Shown here: piece by piece, positions 52,880-58,134 of the stretch | Layout of the letters: the number at the start of each line of letters is the position of its first letter | Position numbering within the stretch: position 1 is the stretch's first letter | From: an uncultured Candidatus Saccharibacteria bacterium | GTDB lineage: Bacteria; Patescibacteriota; Minisyncoccia; Phycocordibacterales; Phycocordibacteraceae | NCBI GenBank assembly: GCA_964366435.1 | Contig: CAYITJ010000001.1 | Location: 1 to 58,134, forward strand | DNA: 58,134 nt | Direction of reading: 5' to 3' | Notes under the pieces: generated by a model | The model's database searches: none | Seen by the model: only the letters and a program-made list of their open reading frames with translations | What the model was told of the DNA's origin: nothing | Translations under genes and position numbers: made by a program

Positions 52880-52901
52880 AGATATAGTAGTATTAGAAGA
52901 T

Positions 52902-53612
52902 ATGGAACAAGCTCCGAATAGAAAGATGATTGGAATCTTAGGAGGAATGGGTCCTGAAGCCAGTGCTTATTTCTATAATTTACTTATCAAACTCGCCCAT
53001 ACTAAGTATGGCGCTGTTCAAGATACTGATTTTCCCCCTGTGTTTATATACAACCTGACTCTTCATGGCTTTGACGAAACAGGAATTGTTAATGAACTGC
53101 TTGTAGAGAAGCAGTTAGTGGAAGGAGTTAGGAAATTAGAATCAGCTGGGAGCAATTTCATTATTATTGCGTGCAATACGGTTCATACTCTTTATGACTC
53201 AATGCAGGATTCTGTAAATGTTCCCATCATTAGTATCATTGATGAGACTGTTGCAGAGGTGAAGCGTAAGGGATTTAAATCCGTAGGCATTCTTTCCTCC
53301 GAGAGCACAAATACAACAGGCCTCTACAGGAATAAGCTTGAGGCTGAAGGAATCGTTGTTTTCTCAGCTGACAGTAGACAGCAAGGGGAGTTAAATCAAA
53401 TCATTCTACACGTCATGGCAGGTCAGCAGAGTGCTCTTGATAAAAAAATGGCCTCAACAGTTATCTCTGAACTTACGGAACGTGGCGCAGAAGCAATAAT
53501 ACTAGGTTGCACAGAGTTGCCCCTAGCTATTGAGCAGTCTGACTCTCGTGTTCCCGTATTAAACTCTAATGAGATTATTGTCGATCGCGCCTTAGCAATT
53601 GCGTTTTCTTAG
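52902..53612 (+). CDS. aspartate/glutamate racemase family protein
   Basis: It carries IGILGGMGPEAS, IIIACNTVH and ILGCTELP. Confidence 0.85.
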   Translation: MEQAPNRKMIGILGGMGPEASAYFYNLLIKLAHTKYGAVQDTDFPPVFIYNLTLHGFDETGIVNELLVEKQLVEGVRKLESAGSNFIIIACNTVHTLYDSMQDSVNVPIISIIDETVAEVKRKGFKSVGILSSESTNTTGLYRNKLEAEGIVVFSADSRQQGELNQIILHVMAGQQSALDKKMASTVISELTERGAEAIILGCTELPLAIEQSDSRVPVLNSNEIIVDRALAIAFS

Positions 53613-53635
53613 TTGGCGACGGCTTAGTAAGTTTC

Positions 53636-55606
53636 CTACCACACCATCTCTCTGTCCTTTGGAGCTCGGTAGAGCTTGTCGGTCTTTGTTACACCAAACG
53701 CTTCGTAGAATGCGTCATAGTTTGACGCGGGGCCATTGATACGGAACTTGCCTGGAGAATGCGGGTCGTTCAATACCTGCATTTTCTCAAACTCAGGGCG
53801 CACATTCTCGCGCTCAAAGACCGCAAACGCAGTAAAGAAGCGCTGCTCTGGCGTGAGTCCATCGATATCCTTTCTGCCCGTGCGTGCAAGCACCATTTGA
53901 TAGGCGTCATATGCAATGGAGAGGCCACCCAGGTCTGCAATATTCTCGCCAAGAGTCAGCTTGCCATTAACTTTGAGACCATCTGCAACCTCGTACTGAT
54001 TGAACTGCTTCTCCACTTTCTTTGCTTTTGCATCAAAGCGCTTCTTATCCTCGGGCGTCCACCAGCTCACCAGGTTGCCATTGTGGTCCATCTTAGAGCC
54101 TTGGTCGTCAAAGCCGTGGGTAATCTCGTGCCCAATCACCTCACCAATGCAGCCGTAATTCACTGCGTCGTCGGCTGTGAGACTAAAGAATGGCGGCTGC
54201 AGAATTGCAGCGGGGAAGGCGATGTCGTTTAGACTGCCGCTAAAGTATGCGTTCACGGTCTGAGGGTACATAAACCACTCAGCACGATCAACGGGCCCGC
54301 GCAGCTTCTTCATGGTACGCATGTGCTCGTGCTCGTTTGCTCGGATGATGTTGCCCACGTAGTCATCACTTTCTATTTCAAGACCAGCGTAGCTCCTCCA
54401 CTTATCTGGATACCCAATCTTTCGGTTAATAGCGTGCAGTTTACGCAGTGCTTTCTTCTTGGTCGCGGGCGTCATCCAATCAAGCGATTTGAGCCTTGCT
54501 TCAAATGCCGTAAACAAATCATTCACCAGGATGTTCATCTTTTTCTTTGCTTCTGGCGTAAAGTGCTTCTTTACGTAGATACGACCGAGCAATTCTCCCA
54601 CTTGGCCGTTAACTACCCCGAGCACCCGCCTCCACAGTGGCTTCATCACTTTGGTTCCAGAAAGCACAGTGCCATAAAAGACAAAGCTGTGCTTTATGAA
54701 GGTTTCGGAAAGCGCTCCAGCGAAATCATTCACTAAGTGAAACTCTAGGTACGTCTTCCAGTCAGACACGGAGACGGTGGAGAGCATGCGGTCCACAGCC
54801 TGCAGGAACTTAGGCTGCATAACGATAAGCTCCCTCACTTCCTTTGCGGAGGAGAGCTTCAAATATTTATCCCAATCTATGTTCACGGACTCTCGCTTAA
54901 GCGCAGAGAGCGTCACCTTGTGGTAGGTCTTCTCCATATCACGCGTGTCCTCCTTCTTCATCATTGCCTTAGCGAGCGCTGTTTCAATAGAAAGCACTAC
55001 TTCAGCAGCCTGCTTTGCCTCAGTCTTTGAACGGCCCATAAGCTCAAACAGGCGGGTGACGTGAGTTATGTACGCAGTACGCACACGCACAGACTCAGCA
55101 TCGTCATTCAGATAGTAATCGCGGTCAGGCATGCCAATGCCGTCCTGATGTATATGGAGCAAGTAGCGCGTACTCTTCTTCGCGTCCTGGTCCATGCCAA
55201 CACCAAAGGCAACGCCGACACCAACACGATGCAGCCTTGCGATAGCAGTAAGCAAACGTTCAGTGGAATCAATCTTGTTAATCAGAGCACGGAATTCTGC
55301 GAGGGGAGCAAGGCCCAGTGCGTTCCTTTGCCTCATATCCATACCCGAGCGATAGAAGTTGCGGATGAGGCGCTCTGGGGAACCAACAGGGAGGTTTCGC
55401 TTGCTCTCAAGCTCTTTCAGAATGGCGTGGAGCTTTTTGTCTGTTTCGTACCGCAACGTAATGAAACTGCCCCAGCGCGCTTCGTTATCAGGAATCTCAT
55501 TGCTGTCCATCCAGCGCTTGTTTACGTGCGTAAAGAAGTCGTCCTGTGGTCGAACGCTCGGCTCTAATTCAGTAGTATCAAATCCCCATCCTTTGTTGGT
55601 TGCCAT
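53636..55606 (-). CDS. M13 family metallopeptidase (PepO / neprilysin-like)
   Basis: The zinc site reads HEITHGFDD. It also carries ENIADLGG and NAYF. Confidence 0.9.
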   Translation of the reverse strand: MATNKGWGFDTTELEPSVRPQDDFFTHVNKRWMDSNEIPDNEARWGSFITLRYETDKKLHAILKELESKRNLPVGSPERLIRNFYRSGMDMRQRNALGLAPLAEFRALINKIDSTERLLTAIARLHRVGVGVAFGVGMDQDAKKSTRYLLHIHQDGIGMPDRDYYLNDDAESVRVRTAYITHVTRLFELMGRSKTEAKQAAEVVLSIETALAKAMMKKEDTRDMEKTYHKVTLSALKRESVNIDWDKYLKLSSAKEVRELIVMQPKFLQAVDRMLSTVSVSDWKTYLEFHLVNDFAGALSETFIKHSFVFYGTVLSGTKVMKPLWRRVLGVVNGQVGELLGRIYVKKHFTPEAKKKMNILVNDLFTAFEARLKSLDWMTPATKKKALRKLHAINRKIGYPDKWRSYAGLEIESDDYVGNIIRANEHEHMRTMKKLRGPVDRAEWFMYPQTVNAYFSGSLNDIAFPAAILQPPFFSLTADDAVNYGCIGEVIGHEITHGFDDQGSKMDHNGNLVSWWTPEDKKRFDAKAKKVEKQFNQYEVADGLKVNGKLTLGENIADLGGLSIAYDAYQMVLARTGRKDIDGLTPEQRFFTAFAVFERENVRPEFEKMQVLNDPHSPGKFRINGPASNYDAFYEAFGVTKTDKLYRAPKDREMVW

Positions 55607-55689
55607 ATACCTCTAGTGTACTGGCTCAGGCATACTTTGGCACGGCCCCGATTCCCGAGACGGCCCGTACATGCTATCGTTTTAGCATT

Positions 55690-57642
55690 ATGACTGTATC
55701 TGAAGTACGCAGCCGATTCCTCGCTTTCTATAAGGCACGTGGCCACGCCATTATTCCGTCTGCACCTATTGTGCCGGGCAACGACCCCACCACGCTCTTT
55801 ACCTCTTCAGGCATGCAACCGCTCGTGCCCTACCTGCTTGGTCAGGAGCATCCAGAGGGCGTGCGGGTAGCCGACTCTCAAATGAGCTTCCGTGCAGGAG
55901 ACATTGAAGAGGTGGGCGACAACCGCCACACCACCTTCTTTGAAATGCTCGGGAACTGGTCGCTCGGCGACTACTTCAAGAAGGAGCAGCTTCCGTGGAT
56001 TTTTGAATTCCTTACGAGCAAAGAGGAAGGACTTGGGCTCGACCCGAACCGTCTGTATGTCACGGTGTTTGCAGGGGACACATCCACTGGTATGGAGGAG
56101 GACCTTGAGGCGGTCGGTATTTGGAAGGAGCTGTTTGCACAAAAGGGTGTTGCTGCCGAGTACTCAAACATTGGCTCTGAGGCTGCTGGCTACGAGAAAG
56201 GAATGAAGGGCAGCGAGCGCATCTTTGGATACGATGCCAAGAAGAACTGGTGGAGCCGCGCCGGCGTTCCTGCAAACATGCCCGCAGGCGAGCCAGGCGG
56301 GCCAGATTCCGAAGTGTTCTACGACTTTGGCGTACTTCCCGGAGCTCCTGGCAACCACGGCACTATGGACGGCGCTAGCGTCTGGGGACCTGAGTGCCAC
56401 CCAAACTGTGACTGTGGCCGCTTTGTAGAGATTGCGAACTCGGTGTTCATGCAATTCATCAAGCAAGAGGACGGGAGTTTTGCGAACCTACCAAAGCAGA
56501 ACGTGGACTTTGGTGGCGGGCTTGAGCGCCTCGGTATCGCAGCACTGGGTAAGCCAGATGTGTTTCTCCTCGATGTATTCGATGAGCCACGCAGCGTGCT
56601 TGAAGAGCGCTCTGGTAAGACGTATGGCGAGAGCGAGGAGGTAACCCGCGCGTTCCGTATCATCTTGGACCACATGCGTGCAGCAAGTTTTATGCTCGCT
56701 GAGGGCGTGGTGCCTGCAAACTCAGAAGCCGGCTATGTATTGCGCCGTCTTATTCGTCGCGCTATCCGCGAAGCAGACCGTCTCGGCGTGAAGGAGGCCA
56801 TTCTATCTGCGGTAGCAGAGAGCTATGCGCGCACCTACGAGGACCACTACCCACACGTAGCTGCAGCGGCTGCAAAGATTGCGGATGAGCTTGCTAAGGA
56901 GGAGGAGAAGTTCCGCAAGACGCTTGAGCAGGGACTCAAAGAGTTTGAGAAGCTCGCTGCAAAGCGCGAGGTGAGCGCGGAGGATGCATTCATCTTGTTT
57001 ACGACCTATGGATTCCCAGTGGAGCTAACCGAGGAACTCGCAAAGGAGCGGGGTATCACGCTTGACCAGGCTGCTGTAGCAGCACGCATGAAGGAGCACC
57101 AGGACACCTCGCGTGCAGGAGGTGCACAGCGCTTTGCAGGAGGCCTCGCCGACCACGCAGAGGCTACTGTGCGCTACCACACCACCCATCACATCCTGCT
57201 GAAGGCCCTCCAAATGGTGCTTGGATCCGAGGTAAAACAGCGGGGAAGCAACATCACGAGCGAGCGCCTTCGTATCGACTTCTCGTCCCCGGGCAAAATG
57301 ACCGACGAGCAGAAGGCTGAAGTAGAGCGTATTGTGAACGACATTGTTTCGCAGAACCTTCCTGTCACCCGCACCGTCATGCCCCGCGAGGAAGCTGAAA
57401 AGCTGGGCGCTGAAATGGAATTTGGGGTGAAGTACCCTGATATGGTGTCGGTGTACTCAGTGGGACCAATCCACGCTACGCAGGATACTCCGGACATTGC
57501 AAACGCGTTCTCGCTTGAGTTCTGTGGTGGGCCGCACGTGTCTAATACAAGCGAGATTGCCGCAGCGGGTACCTTCAAGATTCAGAAAGAAGAAGCAGTG
57601 GCTTCGGGTATTCGTCGCATAAAGGCAGTTTTGACAAAATAA
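55690..57642 (+). CDS. alaS: alanine--tRNA ligase, short form without the C-Ala domain
   Basis: The N-terminus reads VRSRFLAFYKARGHAIIPSAPIV. It also carries FEMLGNWS, and the editing-domain motifs HTTHHIL and CGGPHV. The ORF-track start at 55600 overlaps the peptidase gene, so the ATG at 55690 is preferred. Confidence 0.9.
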   Translation: MTVSEVRSRFLAFYKARGHAIIPSAPIVPGNDPTTLFTSSGMQPLVPYLLGQEHPEGVRVADSQMSFRAGDIEEVGDNRHTTFFEMLGNWSLGDYFKKEQLPWIFEFLTSKEEGLGLDPNRLYVTVFAGDTSTGMEEDLEAVGIWKELFAQKGVAAEYSNIGSEAAGYEKGMKGSERIFGYDAKKNWWSRAGVPANMPAGEPGGPDSEVFYDFGVLPGAPGNHGTMDGASVWGPECHPNCDCGRFVEIANSVFMQFIKQEDGSFANLPKQNVDFGGGLERLGIAALGKPDVFLLDVFDEPRSVLEERSGKTYGESEEVTRAFRIILDHMRAASFMLAEGVVPANSEAGYVLRRLIRRAIREADRLGVKEAILSAVAESYARTYEDHYPHVAAAAAKIADELAKEEEKFRKTLEQGLKEFEKLAAKREVSAEDAFILFTTYGFPVELTEELAKERGITLDQAAVAARMKEHQDTSRAGGAQRFAGGLADHAEATVRYHTTHHILLKALQMVLGSEVKQRGSNITSERLRIDFSSPGKMTDEQKAEVERIVNDIVSQNLPVTRTVMPREEAEKLGAEMEFGVKYPDMVSVYSVGPIHATQDTPDIANAFSLEFCGGPHVSNTSEIAAAGTFKIQKEEAVASGIRRIKAVLTK

Positions 57643-57683
57643 GTTATCCATGCAATAATATTTAAAGGAAGGAGGGCCGTGTG

Positions 57684-58046
57684 ATGAACAGGCTAATTGA
57701 AACGCTTGAAACCAAGCGCAAACAACTGGGGCTAACATCGACCCAATTCGCAGCCAAACTCGGCATGCATCACGCTGCCTACAGTAGGGCAGTCAATGGA
57801 CACATCGAGTTCGCCCGAGTGCGACTGGTCAATGCTGCCGAGATTCTGGGAATCACTCGTGAGCAAGCTGCTCTACTGCGTGCCACCAGCGTCGACAGCG
57901 TGGGTACACGGAGTACGTTCTCCGCTAAGGACCTTACCTACCTTGCAGCGGTAGCGCAGGCGATGGACGTTCCGCTCACGCTACAGTTCATGAGCGAAAT
58001 CCTGGACAAGCGGGATGCACACATCGAGGAAGGGCGCGCGACATAG
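57684..58046 (+). CDS. XRE-like HTH protein (high-GC orphan)
   Basis: LGLTSTQFAAKLGMHHAAYSRAVNG is an HTH pattern. AGGAGG lies 8 nt before the ATG. Confidence 0.5.
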   Translation: MNRLIETLETKRKQLGLTSTQFAAKLGMHHAAYSRAVNGHIEFARVRLVNAAEILGITREQAALLRATSVDSVGTRSTFSAKDLTYLAAVAQAMDVPLTLQFMSEILDKRDAHIEEGRAT

Positions 58047-58134
58047 TAGGGCCGCCCCAACCAAAAAATAACCCCAACAACAGAAAGGTGTTTTATAAAA
58101 CAAAAAAATGGGCAGTGATAACCACAAAAAAATG

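Overview
The window is a 58-kb chromosomal segment that looks like a small-genome, CPR/Patescibacteria-type bacterium. That assignment is an inference from gene content: a DUF5671-like protein, a giant MBG-repeat wall protein, domain-reduced UvrC, AlaRS and ATP-synthase epsilon, and little Shine-Dalgarno use in core genes. No searches were run, and the GC statements come from hand counts of a few 60-nt lines.

Core content: uvrC (5' partial), RNase P RNA, ddl, tRNA-Ala(UGC), tRNA-Ala(GGC), tspO, mltG, a complete F1Fo ATP synthase operon (atpBEFHAGDC), ychF, mgtC-like, leuS, mnmA, ogt, ung, an Asp/Glu racemase, an M13 peptidase and alaS.

The most interesting part is about 3.06-19.0 kb, a mosaic island at the 3' end of tRNA-Ala(UGC).
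- It is bounded by a 14/15-nt direct repeat of the tRNA 3' end (3049-3063 and 19002-19016).
- It carries a large serine recombinase whose ORF reads into the tRNA, a decayed second recombinase, and a PrimPol-helicase replication gene.
- It carries a tightly packed 8-gene cargo operon: two wHTH-like proteins, then CYTH, EEP nuclease/phosphatase, SRPBCC, an acylphosphatase-like protein, DUF218 and one unknown.
- Nested inside is a 3.9-kb, visibly GC-richer, recombinase-less insertion (14861-18781).

The nested insertion sits in a repeated ~70-bp site. An uninterrupted copy of that site survives at 20260-20326, so the window holds both an occupied and an empty site. Its cargo is a three-gene module, which I rank as the best candidate for an undescribed conflict or defence system: a soluble KAP-type P-loop NTPase, an ImmA/IrrE-like protein whose HEXXH position reads LLLVL, and a translationally coupled PIN-like (DUF4411-like) protein.

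Other notable items:
- an intact Nudix domain inserted in LeuRS
- a conserved hairpin repeat in three ATP-synthase intergenic spacers
- a small membrane ORF between atpG and atpD
- two promoter/terminator-delimited unclassified RNAs (after uvrC and before ychF)
- an HTH-LAGLIDADG-like ORF overlapping tRNA-Ala(GGC)
- three high-GC orphan genes with consensus SD sites

No CRISPR array, rRNA or reverse transcriptase was seen.
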